Source: an uncultured Actinomycetes bacterium
Lineage (GTDB): Bacteria > Actinomycetota > UBA4738 > HRBIN12
DNA: 64,000 bases
Assembly: GCA_963810635.1 (NCBI GenBank)
Contig: CAWEOB010000008.1
Location: 181,382 to 245,381 of the forward strand
Direction of reading: 5' to 3'
A program made the position numbers and the translations under genes. Of this stretch, positions 19,723-31,183 are shown in pieces. The notes beneath the pieces are model-generated. The model made no database searches and was not told the DNA's origin. It saw nothing but the letters and a program-made list of their open reading frames with translations. Position 1 is the first letter of the stretch; the number at the start of each line of letters is the position of its first letter.

Positions 19723-20856
19723 ACCGCCGCATGTGGATGCTCTCGAGCATGCCGATCGAGACGAACGTGACCAGCATCGACGATCCCCCGTAGCTGAGGA
19801 ACGGGAGTGGGAGACCGGTGATCGGCATGATCCCGACCACCATCCCCACGTTCACGAACATCTGGATCGCGAACATGGCCGCGATCCCGGTGGCCACGTA
19901 CGTCCCGAAGGGGTCCTTCGACAGGTACGCGACCCGGATGGCTCGCCAGAGCAGCAACGCGAAGAGGGCGAGCACGATCATCGCGCCCACGAACCCGAAC
20001 TCCTCCCCCACCACCGTGAAGATGAAGTCGGTGTGCTGCTCGGGCACGTAGTCGAGGTTCGTCTGGGTGCCCGTCAGGTAGCCCTTGCCCAAGAGGCCAC
20101 CGGAGCCCACTGCGATCAGCGACTGGTCCAGGTTGTAGCGCACGTCCTCGGGCACGTTCTCGCGGTCGAGGAACGCCCGCACCCGGTTCAGCTGGTAGTC
20201 CTGGATCACGTGCGCCTGGAACGCGAGCACGATGAGCACCAGCGAGATGGCGGCGAGGGCCGCGAGGTGCTTGGTCGCGGCTCCCGCGACCACGAGGACG
20301 GCCACGGTCATGGCGACGAGCACGATCGCCGTCCCGATCTCCACCTTCGCGACCACGAGCCCGACGGCGAGCGACGACACGAGGACCACCCGGATCACGT
20401 CGCGGAGCTCCGGCCGGGGCGTGCGGAGCTCCGACAGGATCGCGGCGATCATCACGAGCATGCCGAGCTTCACGAACTCGGGCGGCGTGATCTGCAGCAG
20501 GTTCACGCCGGGGATGTCGATGTAGGCGCCCGTCGGGGAGGAGACGCCGGGGATGAGGAGGACGGCCTGCAGCAGGAGCGTGGCCGCGTAGAGGAACCCC
20601 GCGTACACCTTGAAGAACCGGTAGTCGAACGCCGCGATCACCAGGACCACGACCAGCCCGATCACCGCCGCGAAGGCTTGCTTCTTGACGCGCTCGAACG
20701 GATCCAGTCCATCTTGGCGAAGCGTCTGGTTGGTGGCCGAGTACAGCAGGAACAGCCCGATGACCACGAGGCCCACGGCGAGGAGCAGCAGCACCCAGTC
20801 GACGTGCCGGATCGGCCGCCGCTCATCGGACCAGACGCGCCCGCGACGAGGTCCAT
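19715..20856 (-). CDS. rodA: Rod shape-determining SEDS protein RodA (apparent frameshift in the first ~20 codons)
   Basis: FtsW/RodA/SpoVE-type multi-TM protein. The conserved N-terminus ERRPIRHVDWVLLLLAVGLVVIGLFLLYSAT is in frame upstream of the listed GTG. The only plausible start is ATG 20856, which overlaps the pbp2 stop (TGATG) in another frame. Confidence 0.8.
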
Positions 20857-22806
20857 CAGCCGTCCACCTCGTTCGCGACCGCGCAGCCGAAGTGCGGAGA
20901 GTCCACCGGCGAGATGCCCTCGAGGCGCTCGATCACGTCCCGGGTGATCGGCGCCGCGACGTTCCCTCCGAACCCGCCCTGCTCGACCATGGTGACCACG
21001 ACGTAGTCGGGATGGTCGACCGGGCCGACCATGGCGGCGAACCAGGAGGTGTCCTGGAACTCCGGCGACCCGCGCTCGGCGGTCCCCGTCTTGCCCATGA
21101 CGGTCACCCGCGAGAGCGGGAAGCCGTTGAACGCGCACGCCGCGGTGCCGCTCGTGACGACGGTGGCGAGCGCGTTGCGGATGTACGAGAGCTCCCCGGC
21201 GCTGTACGGGAGGGTCTTCCCGCACCGGTCCCCCGGGTTGCGGACCATCCTGCCGTCGGTGGTCTCGATGCGGTCCATCAGGTGCGGCTTGCAGAGGTGC
21301 CCCCCGTTCGCGATGGCCGCGTAGGCCCTCGCCATCTGCAGCGGTGTCGCCTGCAGGTCGCCCGACCCGATCATGGTCAGGATGTCCCCGCCCGGGTTCC
21401 AGCCGTAGGGATACCGGTCGGGGTGCTCCTCGGCGTAGGCGGCGTCGGGCACGAGACCCGGCGCCTCGGCCGGCAGGTCGAGCCCGCTCGGCGCGCCGAA
21501 CCCCCACTCGCGGAGCCGCTGCTGCAAGGGCTGCCCATCGGCCCCGAGCTGGTTGTTCACGTACCGGTAGTAGAACTCCGAACCGAACCCGTAGAAGACG
21601 GTGTCGCAGGACACCTTCAGGGCCTCGGCGAGGCTGATCGTGCTGTTCGAGACCGACCAGTTCTCGAACACGGCCCCGGACTCGTCCCCAGGATGCACGT
21701 ACTCGGAGGTGCAGGGGTAGTACCCACCGAGGGACGCGACGCCCTCCTTGACGGCGACCAGCCCGGTGATGGGCTTGAAGGACGAGCCGGGCGCGTAGCC
21801 GAGTTGGGTGGCCCGGTCCACGAGCGGCGCCAGGTCGCCGTTCGAGAGGTAGGCGGACTGCGCAGGCGTGAGCCCCTCGACGTACCAACCGGGATCGAAC
21901 GACGGGAGGGAGGCCATGGCGCGGATCGCCCCGGTGTCGGCATCCATCACGACGACCGCGCCGGCGTTCGCGCGGAGCGGCCTGCCTTCGGAGTCGACCT
22001 GGCTCCGCGCTCGCTCCATCCCCTCGCTGAGCGCGTCCTCGACGGAGCGCTGCTCGTCCATCTCGAGGGTGAGATGGACATCGGCCCCCGGCTGCGCCGG
22101 CTCGGAGCCGAGCGCCCGGTGACCTCGCCGTCGGCGTTCACGATGAGCTTCTGGACGCCCTTCGTGCCCCGCAGCCAGCGCTCGTACACGACCTCGAGCC
22201 CCGCGCGCCCGATCATGTCGTTCTGCCCGTAGCCCCGCGCCTTGAGCCGGTCGTAGTCCCCGGCCTCGATGAGTCCCACCTGGCCGAGGATGTGCGCGGC
22301 CAGCGTGTGGAAGGGGTACGAGCGCACGGCGACCGACTCCACCGTCACGCCGGGGAAGAGCTCGGGATGCTCCTGGATATAGAGCTTGACGCGAAGACCG
22401 CGGGAGGCGTGCCCGAGTGGGGCGGGCTCGTCCACGAACTCCGCCACCGGAACCGCCTGGAACGGGTAGTAGCGATCGTCCTGGAGGCTCTCGCGGAGGT
22501 CGGAGACCGGCACGTTGAGGAGCTCGGCGAGCCGCAGCATCACGGCCTCCGCCTCGTCGCCGAGCTCGTCGCGGGTGACCTGGACCTCGAGGCTCGGCTG
22601 GTTCAGCACGAGCGGGGTGCCGGACGCGTCGACGATCAAGCCGCGGTCGGATCGGTGTACACGAAGCGGATGCTGTTCTGCAGCGCCGTGTCCTTGTACG
22701 TGTCCGAGGCGAGGACCTGCAGGTACCAGAGCCGCGTGGTGAGGGCCACGAACATCAGCGCCACGAGGAAGGCGAGCACGCGCAGGCGTGAGGATGACCG
22801 CTCCAC
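20856..22806 (-). CDS. mrdA: Penicillin-binding protein 2 (elongasome transpeptidase), three fragments (apparent shifts near 22641-22650 and 22112-22122)
   Basis: The GTG at 22806 immediately follows the mreD stop. N-terminus VERSSSRLRVLAFLVALMFVALTTRLWYLQV. Middle part RGLIVDASGTPLVLNQPSLEV.... C-terminal ORF 20856..22061 carries SSFKP (SxxK), SCD and KTGTA. Confidence 0.8.
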
Positions 22807-23316
22807 CTAGAACCGCACCACCTTCCGCGGGCGCGAGCCCTCGAGGATCCGCCGCAAGAGCGGGTAGACGATCGGGGTCAGCACCGCGCCGTAGACCGCG
22901 GTGAGGAGCGCCACCTTGATCCCGTACCCCACGGGTTCCTCGAAGTTCCCGAGGAGGAAGGAGACGACCTCGTAGAACGCCACGCCGACCGCGGTCGCGA
23001 CGAAGACGACCAAGGTGGGGATGAGCGGCGAGGCGGACACGATGAACTGCCGGCCCATCCCCACGCCGTACCCCACCAGGGTGAGCGTGAGCGCCGTGAT
23101 CCCCTTCGGCTGGTTCATGAGGAAGTCCTGCGCGAGCCCGGCGGCGAAGCCCACCACGGCTCCCTCGTTCGGTCCCTCCAGCAGCGCGACGATCGTGGTG
23201 ACCATGTAGAGGAGCTCGGGACGGATCCCGAGCAGACGGAGCTCGGCGAAGACGGTGGACTGCAGGAGCAGCGCGGTGACGATCACCGCCGCCAACACGA
23301 GGACCCGACGGAGCAC
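22807..23316 (-). CDS. mreD: Rod shape-determining protein MreD
   Basis: GTG overlaps the mreC stop (TAGTG). Small polytopic membrane protein VLRRVLVLAAVIVTALLLQSTVFAELRLLGIRPELLYMV... located between mreC and pbp2. Confidence 0.75.
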   Translation of the reverse strand: MLRRVLVLAAVIVTALLLQSTVFAELRLLGIRPELLYMVTTIVALLEGPNEGAVVGFAAGLAQDFLMNQPKGITALTLTLVGYGVGMGRQFIVSASPLIPTLVVFVATAVGVAFYEVVSFLLGNFEEPVGYGIKVALLTAVYGAVLTPIVYPLLRRILEGSRPRKVVRF

Positions 23317-24202
23317 TAGGCGCCGCTCTCTTCGGATGGGTCCGTCCTTGAGCTGAGGACGAGCACGTTCTCCAGCGCGGAGAAGTCGACGGCGGGCCGG
23401 ACCGAGACCGAGACCTGCAGCCCGTTCGAGGCCTCGTACACCTGCGACACGGTCCCGATGAGGAGGCCCGGCGTGTAGATCCCCGCTGGCCCGCGATCTG
23501 GTAGCTGACCGTGAAGACCTCGACCGGATCGGCGGTGAGATCGATCTCCGTGCCGATCGAGACGTCATCCATGCGGAGGTCGTCGTCCCCCTGACCCTGG
23601 ACGGACCCGACCTCGAACGAGTCGCTCAGCCGCGCCGCCACGGTGGACCGCGGGTCCACGATCAGCTGCACCTCCGACGACAGCGCGTTGACCGAGATGA
23701 CGTGCCCGACGAGCCGGGCGGACGCCGCGCTGCCCGTGACGACGGGTTGGTCGACCTGGATTCCATCGTCCGCGCCCTTGTCGAGCGTGATCGTCCACTC
23801 GTGGTTCGAGACCCCGTTGCCGATCACGACGGCCGACACCGCGTCCGGATCGAGGGTCCGTCGGAGCCCGAGCTGGTCGTACAGGTCTTGGAGCCGTTTC
23901 TGCAACAACTCCGACGTCGCGATGAGCGTCTGGTAGTCGGCCACCTGATCCTTCAACCGTTGGTTCTCTTCCTCGAGCGACGGGAGGTGGGCGAGGCCGC
24001 TGAAGAAGTCGGCCACCGGCCGGGTCGCCCCGGTCACGGCTTCTTGGAGCGGGCTCATGGCTGCCTGCGCCGAGCGCCCGACACCGGCCAACGGTCCGTC
24101 CGTCCCCTGTCGGTAGTCCAAGGTGATGATGGCGAGCGATGCGCACACGAGACCCGCGACGAGGAGCCGCGTGCTGCGCGGACGGGGGCGCGTGACGGCC
24201 AC
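23316..24202 (-). CDS. mreC: Rod shape-determining protein MreC (apparent frameshift at the C4/G4 run 23481-23486)
   Basis: TM segment LLVAGLVCASLAIITLDY and coiled coil EEENQRLKDQVADYQ. After ...FTVSYQIAGQ, the third frame reads GIYTPGLLIGTVSQVYEASNGLQVSVSVRPAVDFSALENVLVL, ending at TAG 23316. Confidence 0.8.
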
Positions 24203-24211
24203 GGCCCGAAC

Positions 24212-25379
<1,168 letters not shown>

Positions 25380-25413
25380 TCACAGGGCCACGTCGGCCTG
25401 GGTATCAGCCGGG

Positions 25414-25468
25414 TTGACACCCTCGGCGGTCGTCTACGCAGAGCTTGTCAGGTGTTTGACACCCTCGG
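25414..25468 (+). repeat. Two copies of a 13-nt direct repeat TTGACACCCTCGG (25414-25426, 25456-25468) in the mreB/fabD divergent intergenic region
   Basis: Read directly from the sequence; spacing is 42 bp. Confidence 0.8.
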
Positions 25469-25488
25469 TGTCGCTCCACGCGAGCCTT

Positions 25489-25540
25489 TGTCAGGTACCT
25501 CACGGCAACCACGGCCTTCGTTGTCGTGAGACACCTGACA
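25489..25540. promoter_or_regulatory. 52-nt imperfect palindrome / stem-loop upstream of fabD (candidate operator or RNA structure)
   Basis: tgtcaggt-ac-ctcacggcaac-[cacggccttc]-gttgtcgtgag-ac-acctgaca. There are 8 outer plus 11 inner pairs, one of them a G-T, around a 2-nt internal mismatch. TGTCAGG recurs at 25446 and 25568. Confidence 0.4.
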
Positions 25541-25645
25541 CGGGACGGCGTGGGTTGCCTCGCAGCGTGTCAGGGGGGTGACGACCGAACCGTCGGCGCG
25601 GCCGGGGGTACCCGCGATCCGATCTGTGGATAGGCATCCCCGCCC

Positions 25646-26575
25646 GTGGATGCGTATGCGGTCGTGTTCCCGGGACAGGGGTCGCAGTCGGTGGGGATGG
25701 CCGACCCGTGGGTCGGCCATCCGGCCGGGCGCGCGGTGCTCGAGGAGGCCTCGGAGGCCATGGGTCGCGACGTCGTGGCGGGATGCCATGACGACGCGGC
25801 GCTCGCGACCACCGCCTTCGTGCAGCCGGCGCTCCTCGCGGTCGGGCTCGCCGGCTTCGCCGTCTGCGAAGCCGACGGCATGCCGGCCCCGGTCGGCGTG
25901 GCCGGCCACTCGCTCGGCGAGTTCGCCGCGCTCGTGGCCGCCGGCGTCCTCGCCCTGCCGGAGGCCCTCGACCTGGTCGTCGTCCGCGGCGAGGCGATGC
26001 AGCGCGCCGGCGAGGCGAACCCCGGCGCCATGACGGCGCTCCTCGGCGTGGACGCGGTGGCCGCCACCGCCCTCTGCGACGAGGTACGGGGCGAAGACAC
26101 GCTCCTCGTGGCCAACCTGAACTCGCCGGTGCAGGTGGTGGCGAGCGGCTCGGTCCCTGCGATCGAGCGGCTCGAGGCGCTCGCGAAGGATCGGAAGACA
26201 CGTGCCGTCCGCCTCCCGGTCGCCGGCGCCTTCCACTCCCCCTTGATGGAGCCCGCGGTGGCCGCGATCGACGAACGCATCGACTCGCTCGCGTTCCGGC
26301 CACCTCGCTTCCCCGTCGCCGAGAACGTGTCAGGAGCGCTGGTGGACGATCCCGGTGAGCTCGAGGCGCTCCTCAAGCGCCACGTCATCTCGCCGGTGCG
26401 GTGGGAAGACTGCGCGCGGGCGCTCGCCGGCGCCGGAGCGGCGACCTTCGTCGAGCCGGGCGCCGGCGACGTCCTCACGAAGCTCCAGAAGCGGATCGAC
26501 CCGGAGGTCCGTGCGATCGCGGTCGGGTCGCCCGACGCCGCCCGATCGCTCCTCGGGGCGTCGGGTTCGCCCTGA
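25646..26575 (+). CDS. fabD: Malonyl-CoA:ACP transacylase
   Basis: VVFPGQGSQSVGM and the GHSLGEFAALVAAG active-site serine motif. Confidence 0.9.
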   Translation: MDAYAVVFPGQGSQSVGMADPWVGHPAGRAVLEEASEAMGRDVVAGCHDDAALATTAFVQPALLAVGLAGFAVCEADGMPAPVGVAGHSLGEFAALVAAGVLALPEALDLVVVRGEAMQRAGEANPGAMTALLGVDAVAATALCDEVRGEDTLLVANLNSPVQVVASGSVPAIERLEALAKDRKTRAVRLPVAGAFHSPLMEPAVAAIDERIDSLAFRPPRFPVAENVSGALVDDPGELEALLKRHVISPVRWEDCARALAGAGAATFVEPGAGDVLTKLQKRIDPEVRAIAVGSPDAARSLLGASGSP

Positions 26576-26600
26576 CGCGGGTCCGATAAGCTCCCTGGCC

Positions 26601-27603
26601 GTGACCAGACACGCCACCATCACCGGCGTCGGCTCGTCGCTTCCCCCTCGCTCGGTCCCGAACACGTGGTTCGAGGACAAGGTCGCGACGTCCGACGAGT
26701 GGATCCGCGAGCGCACCGGGATCGAGGCGCGCCGCTTCGTGGACGACGGCGTCGTCGCGTCCGACCTCGCGGTGGAAGCAGCGCACCTGGCCCTCGACAC
26801 CGCCGCCATCTCGCCCGACCAGATCGACATGATCATCTGCGCGAGCGTCACCGGCGACACCCCGTTCCCGTCGACCGCCGTGTGGGTGCAACGGAAGCTC
26901 GGGTTGTCGTGCCCGGCCTTCGATGTGAACGCGGCATGCGCGGGCTTCTCCTACGCCCTCAGCACCGCGACCGCGATGGTCGAGGCCGGCATGGCCGACA
27001 CGATCCTGCTCATCGGCGCCGAGGTGTTCAGCAAGATCCTGGACTTCACCGACCGGCAGACGTGCGTCCTGTTCGGCGACGGTGCCGGCGCGGCCGTCGA
27101 TCCAGGCCGCCGAGCGGCCGGGGATCGAGAGCACGGTCCTCGGAGCGGACGGGCGCGCGGCGGAGATCTTGATCATGCCGGGCGGTGGTTCGCGCGAGCC
27201 GGCCACCCCCGAGAGCGTGGCGGCGGGCCGGCACAACATCACGATGCCGAACGGCCGCGAGGTGTTCAAGCGCGCCGTGACGGAGATGGCCGCCTCGTGC
27301 CGCCAGGTGCTCGAGAAGAACGGTCACACGCCCGACGACGTCGACCTGCTGATCCCGCACCAGGCCAACGCGAGGATCATGATCGCGGTCGCCGAGCGTC
27401 TCGGCATCCCGCTCGACAAGGCGGTGGTCGACGTGGCGGGGATCGGGAACACGAGCGCCGCGTCGATCCCCATCGCCTTGGACCGTGCCTATCGTGCAGG
27501 ACGGATGCAGGAAGGGGACCTCGTGCTGTTCACCTCGTTCGGAGCCGGGCTCACATGGGGAGCCACCGTGATGCGGTGGACCATGCCTCGGGTGGGCGGA
27601 TGA
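26601..27603 (+). CDS. fabH: 3-oxoacyl-ACP synthase III (apparent frameshift near 27097-27101)
   Basis: ITGVGSSLP...NAACAGFSYAL (Cys), and FGDGAGAAV followed in the other frame by IQAAERPGIES...HQANARI...GNTSAASIP. GTG start at 26601. Confidence 0.85.
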
Positions 27604-28337
27604 CCCCCAAGGTCGCGGTGGTCACGGGCGGCTCCCGCGGGATCGGCCGCGCGTGCGCCATCGCGCTCGCCGAGGGCGGGTGGACCGTGGCGGTCGGCTT
27701 CCGCACGAACGAGCAGGACGCGAAGGAGACCCTGGGGTCCCTCGAGTCCGCGGGCACCCCGGGCCTGGCGGTCGAGCTCGACGTCACGGACGAGGCGAGC
27801 GTGCAGGAGGCGTTCCGCCGCGTGGCCGATGAGGTCGGCAACGTCACGGGGCTCGTCAACAACGCCGGCCTGTCGCGCGACGGCCTCCTGCTCAAGTACC
27901 CGATGGACGTCTATGAGGCGACCATGGCGACGAACCTCCGTGGAGCCTTCCTCTGCTCGCAGGCCGCGCTCCGCGGGATGCTCCGTGAGAAGTGGGGGCG
28001 CGTCGTGAACATGTCGAGCGCCGTGGCCCTGCACGGCAACGCCGGGCAGACGGTCTACGCCGCGACGAAGGCGGGACTCGTGGGCCTCACACGCTCGCTC
28101 GCGCGCGAGGTGGCCACGAAAGGCATCACGGTCAACGCGTTGTGCCCGGGGTTGCTCGACACCGAGATGACGTCGCACCTCACGGAGGAAGCGCGCGCCT
28201 ACTACCTCGACCAGACGCCGCTCGGGCGGGCCGCTCGGCTCGAAGAGGTGGCCGCGGTGGTGCGGTTCCTGATGTCGGAAGAGGCCTCGTACGTGAACGG
28301 CGCGGTGATCCCGGTGGACGGTGGGCTGACCGCCTAG
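27600..28337 (+). CDS. fabG: 3-oxoacyl-ACP reductase (SDR)
   Basis: The ATG overlaps the fabH stop (ATGA). VVTGGSRGIG, NNAG, YAATKAG (YxxxK). Confidence 0.85.
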   Translation: MTPKVAVVTGGSRGIGRACAIALAEGGWTVAVGFRTNEQDAKETLGSLESAGTPGLAVELDVTDEASVQEAFRRVADEVGNVTGLVNNAGLSRDGLLLKYPMDVYEATMATNLRGAFLCSQAALRGMLREKWGRVVNMSSAVALHGNAGQTVYAATKAGLVGLTRSLAREVATKGITVNALCPGLLDTEMTSHLTEEARAYYLDQTPLGRAARLEEVAAVVRFLMSEEASYVNGAVIPVDGGLTA

Positions 28338-28409
28338 GCACTAGGCTGTGCCGCCAAGGAACCACCGACGGAGACTGGCAGGGACCAGCCAAGGAGACGC
28401 AGGAGGAAC

Positions 28410-28667
28410 GTGCAGATGACCGATCGAGCAGAGATCGAGACGGGGGTCAAGAAGGTCCTCGCGGAACAGCTCGCGGTGGATGAGGCACAGGTGGTGCCCG
28501 ACGCCCGGTTCCAGGAGGACCTCAACGCCGACTCGCTCGACCTCGTCGAGGCCGTGCTCGCCCTCGAGGAGGAGTGGAGCATCGAGATCCCCGAGGACGA
28601 GATGGAGCAGGTGAAGACGGTCGGCCAGGCCATCGACATGGTGGCCACCAAGCTCGGCGTGAGCTGA
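28410..28667 (+). CDS. acpP: Acyl carrier protein
   Basis: LNADSLDLVEAVLALEEEW contains the DSL phosphopantetheine site. 85 aa (start possibly at M3). Confidence 0.9.
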   Translation: MQMTDRAEIETGVKKVLAEQLAVDEAQVVPDARFQEDLNADSLDLVEAVLALEEEWSIEIPEDEMEQVKTVGQAIDMVATKLGVS

Positions 28668-28693
28668 GCACCCAGCCGCGCCACGGAGGAGCC

Positions 28694-29932
28694 GTGCCCG
28701 AACGCGCCCGAGTCGTCATCACCGGCATCGGCCCGGTCACGCCGGTCGGCACCGGCGTGGATACCTTCTGGGAGGGCATGACCTCCGGCCGCAACGGCGT
28801 GCGGACGATCACCCGCTTCGATCACGCCGATCTCCCCGTCAGCGTGGCCGGCGAGGTCCCGGACTTCGAGCCCTCCGACTGGCTGGACACCAAGGAGGCG
28901 CGCCGGACCGACCGCTTCACGCAGTTCGCCATCGCGTCGGCGAAGCTCGCCTGGCAGGACGCCGGCGACCCGGAGGTCCGGTCCGAGCGGGGCGGCGCCG
29001 TCTTCGCCACGGGGATCGGAGGCATCGAGACGCTCCTCGTCGCCTACGACGTCCTGAAGGAGAAGGGACCCCGGCGCGTGTCTCCCATGATGGTCCCGAT
29101 GCTCATGGCGAACGCCCCGGCCGGGCACATCGCCATGATCTACGGGCTCACCGGTCCCAACCTCTGCACGATCTCGGCGTGCGCGTCGTCGAACCACGCG
29201 ATCGGCGAGGGCATGCGGATGATCCGCGACGGCTACCTCGACCTGTGCGTCGTCGGCGGTTCCGAGTCCGCCACGATGCCGCTCACCGTCGCCGCCTTCG
29301 CGCAGATGACCGCGCTGACGAAGAACCCCGATCCCGACTCGGCGTCGCGGCCCTTCGATGCCGAGCGCAACGGCTTCGTGCTCTCCGAAGGGTCCTGCGC
29401 GCTGATCCTGGAGTCCGAGGAGCACGCGCGGGCGCGCGGCGCCCGCGTGTACGCCGAGGTGGCCGGGTACGGCGCCTCGGCCGACGCGTACCACATCACG
29501 GCACCCGATCCGAAGGGATCGGGTGCCACCCTGGCCATGCGCTGGGCCCTCGCGGATGCGGGCGAGGAGCCGAGCGCGGTCACGTACGTGAACGCGCACG
29601 GCACGTCGACATCGCTGAACGACGCGTCGGAGACGGCGGCGATCAAGGCCGCGCTCGGCGAGGAGATCGCCCACCGCGTGGCCGTGTCATCGACGAAGTC
29701 GATGACCGGCCACATGCTGGGCGCCGCCGGGGCCGTCGAGGGCGCCGTCTGCGCCCTCGCGATCGCTCACGGCCGCATCCCACCCACGATCCACTACGAA
29801 CACCCCGATCCCGACTGCGACCTCGATGTCACGCCGAACGAGGCGCGCGATCTGGACGTCACGCTGGCCGTGTCGAACTCCTTCGGGTTCGGCGGCCAGA
29901 ACGCCGCCATCGCCTTCCGGAAGGTCGCCTGA
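28694..29932 (+). CDS. fabF: 3-oxoacyl-ACP synthase II
   Basis: GTG after GGAGGA. RVVITGIGPVTPVG, ISACASS (Cys), NAHGTST, KSMTGHMLGAAG. Confidence 0.9.
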   Translation: MPERARVVITGIGPVTPVGTGVDTFWEGMTSGRNGVRTITRFDHADLPVSVAGEVPDFEPSDWLDTKEARRTDRFTQFAIASAKLAWQDAGDPEVRSERGGAVFATGIGGIETLLVAYDVLKEKGPRRVSPMMVPMLMANAPAGHIAMIYGLTGPNLCTISACASSNHAIGEGMRMIRDGYLDLCVVGGSESATMPLTVAAFAQMTALTKNPDPDSASRPFDAERNGFVLSEGSCALILESEEHARARGARVYAEVAGYGASADAYHITAPDPKGSGATLAMRWALADAGEEPSAVTYVNAHGTSTSLNDASETAAIKAALGEEIAHRVAVSSTKSMTGHMLGAAGAVEGAVCALAIAHGRIPPTIHYEHPDPDCDLDVTPNEARDLDVTLAVSNSFGFGGQNAAIAFRKVA

Positions 29933-29936
29933 GGGC

Positions 29937-30440
29937 ATGCGGACCGACGCGATCCGTCACCACATCTGGGCGACGCGCAACCAGCTCGGCGCCTGCGCCG
30001 CGCTCACCGTCGACGAGCTCGCGACGGCGGTCCCCGGCACCTACGGCACCATCCTCGACACGCTCCGCCACATCGTCGGCGGGGACTGCTCGTACCTGTT
30101 CGTGATCAGTGGCGGGAGGTTCGGGACCACCGAGCTCGACGAAGAGACGATGACCGTGCCCGAGCTGCTGGCGACCTTCGATGAGAACGCCGTCGGGTGG
30201 GAGACGCTCCTCGGCGAGGCCGAGGACGAGGATCGCCGGGCGGTCCGTCATCGTCCCGACGGCAGTTCCACGACCGCCGCGCTCGGCATCCGGTGGGCGC
30301 AGGTCGTCCACCACTCGAGCGACCACCGGAGCCAGGTGAACACGGCCCTCACCGACCTCGGACACCAGCCGGAGGAGTTCGACGTCTGGGCCTACGGGCT
30401 CTCGGTCGGCCGGGTCTCGGAGGAGCCGGACCCGGAGTGA
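29937..30440 (+). CDS. DinB family protein
   Basis: MRTDAIRHHIWATRNQL...TLRHIVGGDCSYL...VVHHSSDHRSQV resembles the DinB-type helical bundle with its His triad. ATG at 29937 inside the listed ORF. Confidence 0.6.
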   Translation: MRTDAIRHHIWATRNQLGACAALTVDELATAVPGTYGTILDTLRHIVGGDCSYLFVISGGRFGTTELDEETMTVPELLATFDENAVGWETLLGEAEDEDRRAVRHRPDGSSTTAALGIRWAQVVHHSSDHRSQVNTALTDLGHQPEEFDVWAYGLSVGRVSEEPDPE

Positions 30441-30444
30441 ACGG

Positions 30445-31035
30445 GTGAGCCGGCGCCGGACCGTCCGGCGCGTCGCGCGGGCCGCGCTCGGTGCGGCGCT
30501 GCTCGCCGGGAGCTACCTCGAGGCCAGGCGTGACGCACCACCTCCCTACGAGGAACGCGTGTTCCGGCTCGCGAACGGGGCGCCGGACGCGATCCGGATC
30601 CCGGTGCGGGCCATCATGCAGGCGGGGACCTTCGGGACCGTGCCCGCGGTGGCCACGGTGGTGTTCCTCTCGGGGCGGCGGCAGCTCGGGGCCAAGGTCC
30701 TGGTCGGTGGGACGCTCGCGTGGTTCGGCGCCAAGGCCATCAAGCCCTACGGGGGGAGAGCCCGGCCGGCCGGCGTGCTCCCCGACGTGATCATCCGTGA
30801 GGGCATCGAAGGTGACCTCGGGTGGGTCTCGGGACACGCGGCCGTGGCGACCACCATGGCCGGCATCCTCGCCGACGATCTCCCCGGCCTGCGGCCGGTG
30901 CTCGGGGCCGTGGTGCTCGCGACGGCGTTCGGCCGGATGTACGTGGGGGCGCACCTGCCCCACGACACGGTGGGCGGAGCTGGCCTCGGGATGATGATCG
31001 CCTCCCTCCTGCCCCCGACCCACGACGCCGCCTGA
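30445..31035 (+). CDS. PAP2 superfamily phosphatase (membrane)
   Basis: KAIKPYGGRARP, SGH, GRMYVGAHLPHD correspond to the three PAP2 motifs. Several TM helices. Confidence 0.7.
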   Translation: MSRRRTVRRVARAALGAALLAGSYLEARRDAPPPYEERVFRLANGAPDAIRIPVRAIMQAGTFGTVPAVATVVFLSGRRQLGAKVLVGGTLAWFGAKAIKPYGGRARPAGVLPDVIIREGIEGDLGWVSGHAAVATTMAGILADDLPGLRPVLGAVVLATAFGRMYVGAHLPHDTVGGAGLGMMIASLLPPTHDAA

Positions 31036-31183
31036 CCGGGGCCGCTCGCCGACGCAACCCTCGCGCGGCTCACTGCCCCGCATGAGCGCGCTCCCTCCTC
31101 CTCCCCCCGATCCCGGTGCCTCGCCGGACATGTGGGGCGCTGCGCCACGGCCCGGCGGTCCCGCGTCGCCGCGACGGACCGAC

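Noticed and set aside
21947-24202. The 751-aa minus-strand ORF as a single protein.
   Set aside because: It is a chimera. Only its first ~240 codons (mreC N-terminus) and a middle-to-late block (pbp2 middle part) make sense. The stretch between them is an out-of-frame read-through of the mreC C-terminus and mreD, both of which read well in other frames.
25414-25468. The two TTGACA-containing repeats as canonical sigma-70-type -35 boxes defining the fabD promoter.
   Set aside because: No acceptable TANNNT -10 hexamer lies 16-18 nt downstream of either copy (the sequence there is cgcaga or cgcgag). A promoter assignment would be guesswork, so I report them only as repeats.
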